This document shows, piece by piece, positions 20,912 through 31,775 of a DNA stretch of 64,000 nt (positions are counted from its first letter, which is position 1; each line of letters begins with the position of its first letter). The stretch comes from an uncultured Thermoleophilia bacterium (GTDB lineage: Bacteria; Actinomycetota; Thermoleophilia; UBA2241): assembly GCA_963715985.1 (NCBI GenBank), contig CAVQSP010000011.1:1-64000 (forward strand), written 5' to 3'. Below the pieces are notes generated by a model. The model had not been told where the DNA came from and searched no databases. It saw nothing but the letters and a program-made list of their open reading frames with translations. The position numbers and the translations under genes were made by a program.

Positions 20912-22306
20912 CTACTCAGCAGCTGCCGCTGCGCGGGCAGCCTCCAAGTCGGCCTCGGTGAGCACTCCCTGCTCCGCAGGGATGTCGTACTCGGCGGGGT
21001 CTCGTGAAGCCTGCACGATCATGATGATCCAGATGACCGCGCCCAGGACGCAGTAGATGGCGAACACCTCCCACATCAGGCGTGTGAGGTACTTGGCGCT
21101 GTAGTAGAAGATGCCGAATGACGCCGCCACAGCCAGCACGCCGATGAGGTAGCCGACCGGCAGCTTGAAGGGCCGCGCCCACTCAGGATGCTTGCGGCGC
21201 AGCTGGATGAAGGCGACGGACGACATGAAGTACGCGACCCCGAGCCCGACGGACATGAGCGCCAGCAGCGCAGCCAGCCAGTTGGTACCCGAGGCGACCA
21301 TGAAGAAGATGCAGACGCCAAGGATGACGAGGGCGGCGTGGGTGGGCACCTTCTTGTCGTTGAGGTTGTCGAACCACTTCGGGAGGATCCTCGCCTTGCC
21401 CATGCTGTAGAGGATCCGGGAGCTGGCCAGCCAGAAGCCGTTCAGGGTGGTGATGATGGCCAGGAGCGCGGCGACCATGATGATGTACTGGAACCAGCGC
21501 CCGAAGGACTGGCCGGCGATCGTGGCGTCCACCATGAGGTAGCCCGTGATCGTGTCCCAGGGCGCCATGCCGGAGTCGACGAGCGGCAGGATCGAGTAGA
21601 ACACGAGGGTGAAGAGCAGGGACCCGATGATGATCTTCCAGAACTTGCGTGCGGGGTAGTTGCACTCCTGGACGAACTGAGGCACGAGCTCGAAGCCGAA
21701 GTACATGGTCACCATGAGGGCAGTGCCGGTCAGGAAGCCGCTTCTGCCGGTCGGGAAGAACGGGTGCCAGTTCGCCGTGTCGAACCGGCTGCTGGTCACG
21801 AACGCGAAGACCACGCCGGCTGCCACGATGATCATGACCACGGTCATGTAGAACTGGGCCCGGGAGCTGAACTCGATGGACCGCGTGGCGAGCAACCAGA
21901 CCACGACCGCCACGATGATGCCGAGGATCACCAGCTGGGTCTGCGACATGCCGGGCCACCACAGATACTGGACGATCTGGATCACGCACATGATCAGGAA
22001 GCCGAGCACCGAGAGGTAGGCGAGCAACAGCATCCAGGTGGACCAGAACGCTACGTGCTTACCGAAGGCGGTATGCGTGTACTGGAACGGGCCGCCGGTG
22101 ACCGGCAGCATGGCGGTCATCTCTCCGTACACCAAGGCGATGGGGATGCACAGCACCCCCAGGAGCGCGAACGCGAGACTCATCGATGGCCCGCTCAGCT
22201 GGAGCCACCACTGCATCATGACCACCCAGGGGCCGATCATCGCCCCGATGGCCATGGCCAGGAGATACCACGGGCTGAATTGCTTCACTGTAGTGAGTTC
22301 GGGCAT
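20912..22306 (-). CDS. APC-family amino acid/amine permease
   Basis: About 12 TM helices, GAMIG, YGEM...P.TGG, YFGFE, RPFKLP. Confidence 0.92.
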   Translation of the reverse strand: MPELTTVKQFSPWYLLAMAIGAMIGPWVVMMQWWLQLSGPSMSLAFALLGVLCIPIALVYGEMTAMLPVTGGPFQYTHTAFGKHVAFWSTWMLLLAYLSVLGFLIMCVIQIVQYLWWPGMSQTQLVILGIIVAVVVWLLATRSIEFSSRAQFYMTVVMIIVAAGVVFAFVTSSRFDTANWHPFFPTGRSGFLTGTALMVTMYFGFELVPQFVQECNYPARKFWKIIIGSLLFTLVFYSILPLVDSGMAPWDTITGYLMVDATIAGQSFGRWFQYIIMVAALLAIITTLNGFWLASSRILYSMGKARILPKWFDNLNDKKVPTHAALVILGVCIFFMVASGTNWLAALLALMSVGLGVAYFMSSVAFIQLRRKHPEWARPFKLPVGYLIGVLAVAASFGIFYYSAKYLTRLMWEVFAIYCVLGAVIWIIMIVQASRDPAEYDIPAEQGVLTEADLEAARAAAAAE

Positions 22307-22509
22307 GGGCTGCCTCCCCCAGGCAAATACGCATTCGAATGTCACCCCGGGCCCTGACTGCCCGTACTGCCCAACTGGTCAAGGTCAAGACTCAGGTAGC
22401 GTCGAGTGACGGTGCGTACTGATGTCCCCTGTCGGCCCCCCTTCACAAAAGGCCCGATACCCGGCTGGCGCCGCGGCTGATCGAGACCGATAGTCCACCG
22501 ACGTGCCAC

Positions 22510-22582
22510 GTTAGTCAGGTTAGTCAGTTCTGACTAACTAACTTGATGGCGATGATACTCCCGAGGGACGCATCGGTGTCAA
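22510..22582 (-). promoter_or_regulatory. Promoter (TTGACA-19-TATCAT) followed by palindromic operator GTTAGTCAG-TT-CTGACTAAC
   Basis: Palindrome 22519..22538 plus an extra half-site at 22510; adjacent TetR gene; spacer is long. Confidence 0.65.
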
Positions 22583-22606
22583 GGGGTCGAGAGCGGAAGC
22601 TTGGCG

Positions 22607-23362
22607 CTAGGTGACGGGAGAGCCCAGGGCAGGCTGGGAGGAGGCGGAGCGCGCAGGGGTCGAGGACCGCGCCACCTGCTCCATCATCTCGTCGAACACG
22701 GCCATGATGGTGTCGAGATCGATGCCCTCAGGATCGGCGAGGTACTGCATGGCGAGCCCATCGGAGAAGGCGACCACGACCGCAGACAGCGCGTCGGCGC
22801 GCTGGCGTGAGCCGCCGTTCGACGTCGTCTCAAGGGCTTCGAGAATGAGCCGTCGTTGACCCACGAATGAATCGGCAAGCTTGGGGCGCAGATCGTCATC
22901 ATGCATAGCCGCAACGACCAGGTCGAGGTAGAGGCGATACGACGGCGCATCGTGGAAGAGCTGGCGCAGACCGAGCGTCATCACCCTGAGCCGGCCCTCC
23001 GAGTCCTCCGGCGGCAGGGACGTCATGCCCTTGTGCATCGCCATGTACGTCTCGTACAGGAGCCAGTCGATCAGCACGCCGACGAGCCCCGCCTTGCTCC
23101 CGAAGTGATACCGGATCAATGAGTGCGCCAGACCGGCCTCCCGCGAGATCGCCTCCAGCCGGAGTCCTGCGTAGCCCTTTTCTTCCAGGACCCTGCGCGC
23201 CGCCTCCAGCAACCGCTTGGGCGTAGAGGGAAGGTCGACAGGGGTCGTCGGCAGCTCACCCGAGCTCCATTTGGGACGGACCGGCACCGGGCGCCGTGCC
23301 ACGCTCGCGAGCTGGTCCCGCCGAGCGTCGCCCGTCTTCTCTCGGTCGTTGGATCCCGGCAT
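22607..23362 (-). CDS. TetR/AcrR-family regulator
   Basis: LLEAARRVL..KGY..L.LE.I..EAG....LIRYHFGSK. Confidence 0.92.
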   Translation of the reverse strand: MPGSNDREKTGDARRDQLASVARRPVPVRPKWSSGELPTTPVDLPSTPKRLLEAARRVLEEKGYAGLRLEAISREAGLAHSLIRYHFGSKAGLVGVLIDWLLYETYMAMHKGMTSLPPEDSEGRLRVMTLGLRQLFHDAPSYRLYLDLVVAAMHDDDLRPKLADSFVGQRRLILEALETTSNGGSRQRADALSAVVVAFSDGLAMQYLADPEGIDLDTIMAVFDEMMEQVARSSTPARSASSQPALGSPVT

Positions 23363-24121
23363 CAGCCCTCCCTCGCCGCCGCGCCAAGAGTACACCACGA
23401 CCGGAGCACGACCAGTGGAGGCGTAGGTGTGGCTCGAGGGGGAGCGTGCCCGTGCCCCAGTCGAATGGCGTTCTCTCGTTGGCTCAGGAGGTGACGTCCG
23501 CCCTGCAGCCAACGAGGAGCGTTCCAAAGGATGCGTGTACACGTTTCCCCCGCCCGGCTTCGCCAATAGAAGTAATGCTATACCCTAACTCGGTATTGAG
23601 GAAGTCCCGGGTCGGCCCGACCCCGGGCGCAGGGAAGTGAGGAGTCGGACGACCTGGGTTCCGGCAGAAGACGTGCTCGAGAATGGTAGACCGGCCGGTG
23701 ATGCTGCAGCCTGACTTGAGACGGATCCGTGGTCCTCCAGGATGAAGGCATCACCTCGCGAGTGATCTTCCTGCCGACCCACCCGGTACGCGGTCCAAAC
23801 GTCGCGACGAGCGTGGCCCCCACCACGAGACACGCACCGGGATCTCCGCGGGTGGGCCTCCGTGTGTCATCGACACCACTTGGAGTCGCCGGCAACGCCT
23901 TCGTGGGCTCCCAACTTGCGCCGACTACACCGGCGCGCACCTTGCCACCCATCCCGGGACGCCACGACGTTGTGGACGGCGACAACGTTGACCCTCACAA
24001 GGTCGAACCATAGGCTCAATGCCGGTTGACGCGGGCGAGACTCGGTGTCATCTCTGCGTTTCGCCCTCGTCCGCAGGGGCGGTGGGCATGTCGCCCGCCG
24101 CGGGGCGCGAAGGGGGTACAC

Positions 24122-25681
24122 ATGAGACGCAGGGTCTTCCTCATTCCGGTGTTCGTGGTCGCGGTGCTCTTGCTGTTATCGCCGGCGGCGTCGGCAGTGG
24201 TGCCCGCCGGCTGGTCCACCGCACCCGTCGCGATCGCCACCGGCGGTATCGGCGACAACCCGACCTCCTGGCAGAACTCCTACCCTTGGTCGATGTGCAT
24301 GTTCAACGGCGACCTGTACGTGGCCACCGGGCGCCTGGGCTGCACGTCGGCGGTCATGTCGCTGATGAGCGGGCCGATGGCCGGCGGAGGCGGCGTGCCG
24401 ATGCCGGGCGGCACGGCGCCGCCGAAGCTGAACCAGTTCCTGAGTGCCGATGGCAAGAGCGTCACCGACGCCGACAAGTTCAACGCGTTCAACCTCGCCT
24501 CACGCGCCGAGATCTGGCGCTACCACAATGGCACCTGGCGGCGCGTGTTCTGGGCTCCGCTGATCGACTCCTACATGATGAAGCCGCCGCTGACGGCGCA
24601 ATCGCAACCGACGCCCTATCAGGCCGCGGCCATCACCGGCTTCCGCGGCATCGCCGTCATGACCGACAAGAAGGGTGAGCGCGCACTCTACGCGGCCGCC
24701 GGCGGGTTCACGTTCGCCGCAAAGCAGCCGCTGATGATGCGCTCGACCAACGGCGTCACGTGGACGCCGGTCTACGCCCCGGCGACGATGGGCCGCGAGA
24801 GTCGCGCCCTGTTCGCGCATCACGGCAAGCTCTACGTGGGTGTCGGCTACAGCGGCCTCGGCGCTCCGGTCGCGGCGGGCGCCTGGGCGAGTAGCCAGCC
24901 CACCGACCCATCAAGCTGGACCAAGGTCATCGACTTCCCCACCCTCGATCCGACGAACACCAACACCGTCTCGTTCGCGACCTTCTCCGGTCACCTGTAC
25001 GCGGGCACCGAGAACAAGACCGGCTTCCAGGTGTGGCGCAGCACGACCATCGACCCGATGGGCAACGCGGACTGGCAGAAGGTCGTGACCGGCGGTGCCG
25101 GCGTGTCGATGAACGAGTGGGCCGGCACGATGAAGGTATTTGACGGCCGGCTGTACGTCGGGTCCATGCACGTCCCCGGCATCTCCGGGTCGACAGAGGT
25201 CAAGGGCTTCGACCTCATCCGCATCTCGCCGCAGGACAGCTGGGAGCTCGTGATCGGCAACACACGCACCGCGGCTGCGCCTTCGGGAGCGCGCACGATG
25301 GCGCCCACCAGCGGTCAGCCGTCGGGCATGGGCAACCCGCTGAACCTCTACTGCTGGAGCCTCGCGGTCCAGAACGGTCGTCTCTACCTCGGCACCTTCG
25401 ACCTGACCACGATGCTGAAGCTCGCCGACCCCAGCGGCCAGCAGATCGCGGCGATGCTCAAGCTCCCGCTGGAGCAGGTGCAGGCACTCTTCGCCACCGC
25501 CGGCGGCGATCTCTATGCGACGAGCGACGGCGACTCATGGCGGATGCTCACCCAGACCGGGTTCGGCAACCAGTACGACTACGGGTTCCGCAACATGGTG
25601 GCGACCCCGTCCGGGCTGTACTTCGGCATGTCGGACCCGTTCTATGGCTGCGAGGTCTGGCGGGCGAGGACGCACCGGTAG
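24122..25681 (+). CDS. Secreted protein, probably beta-propeller
   Basis: Signal peptide ending ASA; repeated F.G.LY.G blade motifs. Confidence 0.75.
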   Translation: MRRRVFLIPVFVVAVLLLLSPAASAVVPAGWSTAPVAIATGGIGDNPTSWQNSYPWSMCMFNGDLYVATGRLGCTSAVMSLMSGPMAGGGGVPMPGGTAPPKLNQFLSADGKSVTDADKFNAFNLASRAEIWRYHNGTWRRVFWAPLIDSYMMKPPLTAQSQPTPYQAAAITGFRGIAVMTDKKGERALYAAAGGFTFAAKQPLMMRSTNGVTWTPVYAPATMGRESRALFAHHGKLYVGVGYSGLGAPVAAGAWASSQPTDPSSWTKVIDFPTLDPTNTNTVSFATFSGHLYAGTENKTGFQVWRSTTIDPMGNADWQKVVTGGAGVSMNEWAGTMKVFDGRLYVGSMHVPGISGSTEVKGFDLIRISPQDSWELVIGNTRTAAAPSGARTMAPTSGQPSGMGNPLNLYCWSLAVQNGRLYLGTFDLTTMLKLADPSGQQIAAMLKLPLEQVQALFATAGGDLYATSDGDSWRMLTQTGFGNQYDYGFRNMVATPSGLYFGMSDPFYGCEVWRARTHR

Positions 25682-25949
25682 TCAGCCCATGTGCGGAAGG
25701 CAGGGGGCGCCAAGAGCTCCGACGGCCCCCTGCCTCCTGCCGCATCGCTGCAGGATCTCGACGCACATCGCAGGCTCCCCCTCTCCCCCGCGCTTCGACG
25801 CGCGTGCCACCCGCCGCCAGCCCTCGGCTGCCGTCGTTTGCTGCGTCCCGACAGGCGCGCGGTTGAGACCAGTATCTCGCCGGGAAGAACAGCGGCGTGC
25901 TGGAGGTCCCCCAAGGCTCACACGCGCGGGCGGGACCGCGGCTCGAGGT

Positions 25950-26310
25950 GCACGTGACACGGCACAGGCTCGAGGCGTTCAGCGACGGCGCCTCGTGCCG
26001 TTCGGCACCGCCTGGATAGGAGAGAACGACTACCCGCCCACGCCGACCGCGCTCTACGGGGTGATCCTGCTCCTCTGCGCCGCCGCCTACTAAAACCTCC
26101 AGTGGGGCGAGGGCTCTCTGCTGCGACGGGCGGTCGGCGAGGATCTCAAAGGCAAGGTATTGCTGGTGCTGTACGCGATCGCCATCCCGTCGGCGTTCGT
26201 GGAGCCGTGGATCTCGTTCGCCCTCTCCATGGCGGTCGCCGCCATCTGGCTGATCCCGGACCGGCGCATGGAGCGGGCGATGGCGGCGGAGGAGGCCCGG
26301 CGAGCGGCGC
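25950..26310 (+). pseudogene. TMEM175/DUF1211-like channel remnant with internal deletion and stop
   Basis: RLEAFSDG fused directly to LVPF.TAW.GEN...ALYG, then stop, then ...IWLIPDRR.E. Confidence 0.6.
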
Positions 26311-26313
26311 GCC

Positions 26314-27856
26314 CTACCGCTTCACCGTGAACCGCTTGGCATTGCTCTTGCCCATCGCCGTGGTGACCGTGACCTTCACCTTGCCGAGCTTGGCCTTCGC
26401 AGGCACTCGGCACGTGACGCGAGTCTCGCTCCACGACACGTACTTCGTGCACTTCTTCGCGCCGAACCGCACGTAGCCCACGGTCCGCGACGAGCCGAAC
26501 CGTATGCCGCTGATCGACACCAGGGCGCCGCGCCTCCCGGCCACTGGTGACAGCTTCTTGATGGCCGGCTTGGGAGGGTCCCCCCCGGTGGTGGTGGTGA
26601 GGATGAGGCCGCCGCCGCCCACCACCCAGCCATGCGTGGCGTCGGAGAAGGTGACGCCGCGCAGGTCGCCGCCCGACCCCGAGCTCTGCGGCTTCCACAG
26701 CATGCCGCCGTTGCCGGTGACCAGGATGGTGCCGCCGAGACCCACCGCCCAGCCGTGACCGACGCCGGCGGACGTCACCGAGGTCAGGTCGGTCCTGCTC
26801 CCGGAACTCTGCTCGGTCCACGTCGAGCCACCGTTCTCCGTAGCGAGGATGGTGCCGCTGTCTCCGACCGCCCAGCCGTGACCGCCGCCGGAGAGCGTGA
26901 CGGAGGTGAGGTCTGCACGCGTGCCCGAGCTCTGGCCCGTCCACGTGGCGCCACCGTTCTGGGTCGCGACGATAGTGCCGCCGTCGCCGGCGGCCCACGC
27001 GTGCGTGCCGTCGGTGCAGGTGACCGACGTGAGGTCTGCAGTGGTCCCCGAGTCCTGCACGGCCCATCTCGCGCCGCCGTCATGGGTGACGAGGATGGTG
27101 CCGCCTGCGCCCACCGCCCATCCGGCGGAGCCCGACGAGGTCACAGAGGTCAGGTGGGCGGCCGTCCCCGAGACCCGGGGTCGCCACGTCGAGCCTCCAT
27201 CGGTGGTGGCGAGGATGGTGCCGCCACTCCCCACCGCCCAGCCCGAAGCAGCGCCCTCGAACGTGACGGCGAGCAGGTCGGCCGTTGTGCCGGAGGTCTG
27301 CGCTGTCCAGACGCTGCCGCCGTTGCCGGTGACGAGGATGGTTCCGCCGTCACCCACCGCCCAGCTGCGCTGGGCGTCGACGGGCGCGGCGGCACGAAGG
27401 GTCTGCGCCGTCCCCGATTGCTGTGCGGCCCAGCCGCCGCCGCCCGACGACGGCGTGACGGTGAAGCTGCCGGCGCTCGTCGCCGTGCCGGCGTACGTGG
27501 TCACCGTGATCGGGCCTGCTGGTGGCACCGGTCGGCACCTGGCACTCGAGCTCCATGAGCGACGAGACGTGCACGTTCGGCGCCCGGGTACCGTTGAAGC
27601 GCACCTCGGAGGTGCTGGCGAAGGCGGCGCCGTCGATGCTCACCAGCGTGCCCACCGGTCCTGACGTCGGCGAGAAGCCGTAGATCGCCGGCGGAGGCAG
27701 CGGTACGCCACCGAGGGCGGACGAGCCGCCGGCGCGCAGCGCCGGCGCGCCGGGGGTCGCCGCGAGCGCGATCGCCAGCAGGGCGATCGCCGCGGCGGCG
27801 GCCGTGCGGCCTCGGCGCCGTGAACGCGGACGAAGTGATGATGCGAACTGCCCCAT
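26314..27856 (-). CDS. Secreted protein: IPT/TIG domains flanking YCF48-like propeller repeats (frameshift near 27525)
   Basis: Seven ~40-aa repeats WAVG.GGTIL.T.DGG.TW..Q.SGT; FSPTSGPVGT IPT motif. Confidence 0.85.
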
Positions 27857-28021
27857 GAGCTCCCCCTCCTACGCGAAGCTGTGCACGACGCGTACGACAC
27901 GCACCGCGGCGGTCCTCTCCGACCTTCCTCTCCGCCAAAGGCCAGGCGTCAAACGCGGCGCGGCGTTGTGTCCGCGCGGACGAGCAGGGCCCGGCGGGTG
28001 CCCGGGCCGAGCCTTTGCCGG

Positions 28022-28450
28022 TCAGGCCCGTGCGTCGCCGGGCCTCAGCACGAGCTTCTCCGCGACGGCGTCCACGCGCACCAGGTCGCCGTCGCGCACG
28101 GTCTCGTAGAACGCCGGGTCGGCGCGGTCGACCAGCGGCAGGTCCATGACGATGGCGCCGGAGACCAGCACGGTGTCCGGCTGCGCGACGATGATGGCGG
28201 CCGGCGCCTTGTCGTGCTTCATCAGCTTGAACAGGCCGTCGGCCTGCACCACGGAGCTGCCCTTGCCCGACGGCATCACGAGGATCTTGCCGGCGATGTT
28301 GCGGCCGTTGATGTCGTGCGGGTGCTCCACCACGACCCCCGTCTCGTACTCGACGAGATAGAAGCACACGGCGTCCCTGGAGATGATGACCTCGCCCTCG
28401 GCCACTCCTTCGGAGAGCGAGCGGCAGCTGAACTCACGGCGGCTGTTCAC
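28022..28450 (-). CDS. Aconitase X swivel subunit (DUF126)
   Basis: GVAEGE...HPH..G.NIAGKILVMPSGKGSSV; start overlaps stop of catalytic subunit. Confidence 0.85.
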   Translation of the reverse strand: MNSRREFSCRSLSEGVAEGEVIISRDAVCFYLVEYETGVVVEHPHDINGRNIAGKILVMPSGKGSSVVQADGLFKLMKHDKAPAAIIVAQPDTVLVSGAIVMDLPLVDRADPAFYETVRDGDLVRVDAVAEKLVLRPGDARA

Positions 28451-29664
28451 GTGGTCACCTCCCCCTTGATCGCGGCTTCGATGGCCTCCGTGAGCGGCCG
28501 GATCATGAAGTCGGTCTTGTTGATCTGGTGGTAGTAGGCGCACTTGGGCGAGTCGGTGACCCCGGTCTTGCCGTAGTACGGCCCCCAGCACGGAGGCACG
28601 TCGATACAGGTGTCGGCGACGACGTGCCCGCCGGCGCGCTGGATGACGCTCAGGTAGCCCATGCGCTCCGCCAGCTCCTTCGTGAGGGAGCTGGTGAGGA
28701 TCCAGGCCGGCACGGCGAAGTGCCTGCCGTCCACCACAGCGGCGATCTCCGCGACCTGGCGGATGGAGAGGTGAGGGCAGCCGAACATGGCAAAGTCGAT
28801 GGCGCCCGGCCGACCGCAGACGGCCTCGCGGGCGGCGTCCAGGTCGTCGTCGGTGAGCACGATGCGCTCGAGCACCTCGTGGCCTCCGAACGCCGCCTCC
28901 ACCGTAGGCGCCTCCGGCGTGATCCCGACGATGTGGTACATGGAGACGCAGCCGGAGGTGTTGAGCTCGGCGCCGAAGTTGAGAAAGCCCTCCGGCGTCG
29001 GCCGCTCCCCGATCCCGGTGAACACCGGCGTCTCGAGGCCCTTGTACTTCATCGGGTAGGCCCAACCCAGCAGGCTGTAGTCGAAGTCGTCGCGCACGTC
29101 TGCCTGCACATCCACGAGGATCTGCCCCTTGCGCTCCTCGTCGAGCAGCAGGCCGTACTCGGGCACGCGGCCGGTGACGGCGGCGCACAGGGCGCTGTGC
29201 GCGGACTCGCGGTTGGTGCGCGCGCCCAGCACCGAGTTCACGTACGGCGTCGCGCTGGACTCCGAGAAGGCGATGACCTCGCCGAAGGCGGGGACGTTCT
29301 TCTCCAGCCCCGGCGCGCAGTCGAGCGTCATGGTGGCGCCGATGCGCGTGTACGCCGCGTTGGTCGCCGCCACGATCTCCTTGCCGGCCGGCGGCACCTC
29401 CCACAGGTGCTCGTCCAGGTAGGCGATGTCGATGCTCGGATTCACGGTGGGCGAGACCGCGCAGTGCGCCCCGCCGTCCACCAGCTTGCTCACGAACCAC
29501 AGGTCGGCGTCCTGCGCGCTCAGGGCGACATGGGCGCGCGTGATGGGCACCATGCGCTCCGCGTCGAAGGCCTTGCCCACGCCCACCTGGACCCGCATCG
29601 CCAGGGCGACGCCTTCTCCGGACTCGCCCTCCAGCATGCGGCGCTCGTGGTCTGTCAATTGCAC
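28447..29664 (-). CDS. Aconitase X catalytic subunit (DUF521)
   Basis: LT..E..ML.GE.G, ESSA...NSVLGARTNRE, GCPHLS, DTC, TDSPKC. Confidence 0.9.
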   Translation of the reverse strand: MQLTDHERRMLEGESGEGVALAMRVQVGVGKAFDAERMVPITRAHVALSAQDADLWFVSKLVDGGAHCAVSPTVNPSIDIAYLDEHLWEVPPAGKEIVAATNAAYTRIGATMTLDCAPGLEKNVPAFGEVIAFSESSATPYVNSVLGARTNRESAHSALCAAVTGRVPEYGLLLDEERKGQILVDVQADVRDDFDYSLLGWAYPMKYKGLETPVFTGIGERPTPEGFLNFGAELNTSGCVSMYHIVGITPEAPTVEAAFGGHEVLERIVLTDDDLDAAREAVCGRPGAIDFAMFGCPHLSIRQVAEIAAVVDGRHFAVPAWILTSSLTKELAERMGYLSVIQRAGGHVVADTCIDVPPCWGPYYGKTGVTDSPKCAYYHQINKTDFMIRPLTEAIEAAIKGEVTT

Positions 29665-30000
29665 GTGAGGCTCCCTTCGCGCGACGCTCTCGTCTGCGTC
29701 GTCCATCATCCCCCGGCCACAGGGACCGTCAAGGGCCGCGGACCGCGAAGTCCCAAGCGCTGGACGACGATGCGCCTCCGCTGCGGAGTGCGCAGCGTGC
29801 CTCCAGCCGCAATATGTGTCCTCTATGTGGCACTGCGCCGTCCTTCCCCTTGCCTCTGGCATAGACCAGAGTGTTTACTTCGGCGATATGGAAGGGCCGA
29901 CGGCTCCGTACCGCTCGCGCCTTGCGGCAGTCACATCAGTCGAAGCCGGTGATCCGCCGCAAGACCTTCCGATCTGGTCGCGTCGCACGAAGGGGGCTTC

Positions 30001-31626
30001 ATGGCACACGATGAATCCAATCCGACCGATGGGATCCTGAAGGGACCGTTCACGAGGCGCCAGGTCCTGGGCGGTGCCGCCGCTCTGGTGGGCGCGTCCG
30101 CGCTCGGCCCGGTGCTGTCGGCGTGCGGCGGCAGCAGCTCCGGCGAGAGCTCGAGCAGCCCCAGCGCCGCCGCCAGCAGCGGCCCGAAGAAGGGCGGCGC
30201 GCTCACCGCCGGCATCTACACGGGGTCGGCCAAGGACTCTTACGACCCGCACCGCCTCGCGTACGAGCCTGAGATCGTCGCCGGCTATCAGCTCTACAAC
30301 GGCCTCTGCGGTTTCACGCCCGACTACAAGATCGAGAACGTCCTGGCCGAGGAGGTCACCCCGAGCACGGACGCCAAGACGTGGACGGTGAAGCTCAGGA
30401 CGGACGTCACGTTCTCGGACGGACGGCCCGTGACGGCCGACGACGTCGTGTGGAGCGTCAACCGCATCATCGACCCCAAGTTCCCCGGCAACAGCGCCGA
30501 GATGTTCGTCGGCCTCTCGCCGAGCGGCATCCAGAAGGTCGACGACACCACCGTGCAGTTCAATCTGGACACGCCCAACGCCGTGTTCACCGAGGCGCTC
30601 GCCTCCCGGGAGAGCAACATCGTGCCGTCGGACTGGAACAAGGAGAACCCGATCGGCAGCGGCCCGTTCACGCTCAAGAGCTGGACGGCCGGCCAGCAGA
30701 TGGAGTTCCTCGCCAGGACGGACTACTGGGGCGAGGGCCCGTACGTCGATTCCCTCACCGTCATCGAGTACGCCGAGCCCACGGCCCGCCTCAACGCGTT
30801 GCTCAGCGGGCAGATCGCCTGGGCCGGCTACATGGACGGCGCCCAGCTCCAGACGATCACGGCCACGCCCGGGTACGCCGCGTGGCAGACCAAGAACGGT
30901 GGCTGGTTCCCGTTCACCATGCGCATCGACGCGGCGCCCTTCGACGACGTGCGCGTGCGTCAGGCGTTCCGCCTCATGGTCGACCGCGACCAGATGATCA
31001 CGCAGGCCTACGACGACCTGGGCTGGCCGGGCAACGACATGTACGCCGTGTACGACCCCGGCTACCCCGCCGACCTCCCCCAGCGCACGCAGGACCTCGA
31101 GCAGGCCAAGTCGCTGCTCAAGCAGGCCGGCCAGGAGGGCCTGACGGTCGAGCTCGTCTGCTCCGACGGCGTGGGTGCCGGCACGGTGAACGCGGCCGCG
31201 GTGCTCGCTCAGCAAGCCAAGGGCGCCGGCGCAAACGTCAAGGTCAAGAAGGTCGACAGCAGCATCATGTACGGCGACGAGTACACCAAGTGGCCCTTCG
31301 CCATGGACTACTGGGGCACCAGGAACTACTTGCCCCAGACGTCGATGGGCAGCACGAAATCGGCGCCGTACAACGAGACGCACTGGCCCGGCGACAACAC
31401 CAAGTGGCTGGACCTCGTCAACGAGGCCTGGAAGACCACCGACGAGGCCAAGCGCAACGAGCTCGTCACCGAGGCATCGACCATCGAGTACAACGAAGGC
31501 GGCTACATCCTGTGGTCGTACAACGTGGCCTCGGACGGGTACCAGGACACGGTCGGCGGCATGGTCCACGACGTGTTCGGCGGCTCGGCCATCGGCTACC
31601 GCTTCCACCTGCTCTACTTCAAGTGA
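30001..31626 (+). CDS. ABC substrate-binding protein, family 5, Tat-exported lipoprotein (orphan)
   Basis: TRRQVL Tat motif, LSAC lipobox, FSDGRPVTADDV, GSGPF, FDDVRVRQA. Confidence 0.92.
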   Translation: MAHDESNPTDGILKGPFTRRQVLGGAAALVGASALGPVLSACGGSSSGESSSSPSAAASSGPKKGGALTAGIYTGSAKDSYDPHRLAYEPEIVAGYQLYNGLCGFTPDYKIENVLAEEVTPSTDAKTWTVKLRTDVTFSDGRPVTADDVVWSVNRIIDPKFPGNSAEMFVGLSPSGIQKVDDTTVQFNLDTPNAVFTEALASRESNIVPSDWNKENPIGSGPFTLKSWTAGQQMEFLARTDYWGEGPYVDSLTVIEYAEPTARLNALLSGQIAWAGYMDGAQLQTITATPGYAAWQTKNGGWFPFTMRIDAAPFDDVRVRQAFRLMVDRDQMITQAYDDLGWPGNDMYAVYDPGYPADLPQRTQDLEQAKSLLKQAGQEGLTVELVCSDGVGAGTVNAAAVLAQQAKGAGANVKVKKVDSSIMYGDEYTKWPFAMDYWGTRNYLPQTSMGSTKSAPYNETHWPGDNTKWLDLVNEAWKTTDEAKRNELVTEASTIEYNEGGYILWSYNVASDGYQDTVGGMVHDVFGGSAIGYRFHLLYFK

Positions 31627-31775
31627 TCTGAGATCCGAGCGGTCCTCGCGGCCCGGGCGCCCGCCACATGCGGCGGGCGCCCGGGCCGTTCGCGTTTCTG
31701 GTCGCTTGCGGCCAAGCAGGCGCGGGCGGTTGCGCCGGCGAGGAGATAGCGTCCCGGGGCCGCGCAGGCCCCGCG

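Noticed and set aside
23580-23990. Short ORFs between the TetR gene and the secreted protein
   Set aside because: Only a frame-broken fragment (ATFGPRTGWVG..ITREGDAFILEDHG) with no assignable family
26560-27430. About 120-bp periodic repeats as a CRISPR array
   Set aside because: They are in-frame coding repeats of a YCF48-like propeller, degenerate at wobble positions
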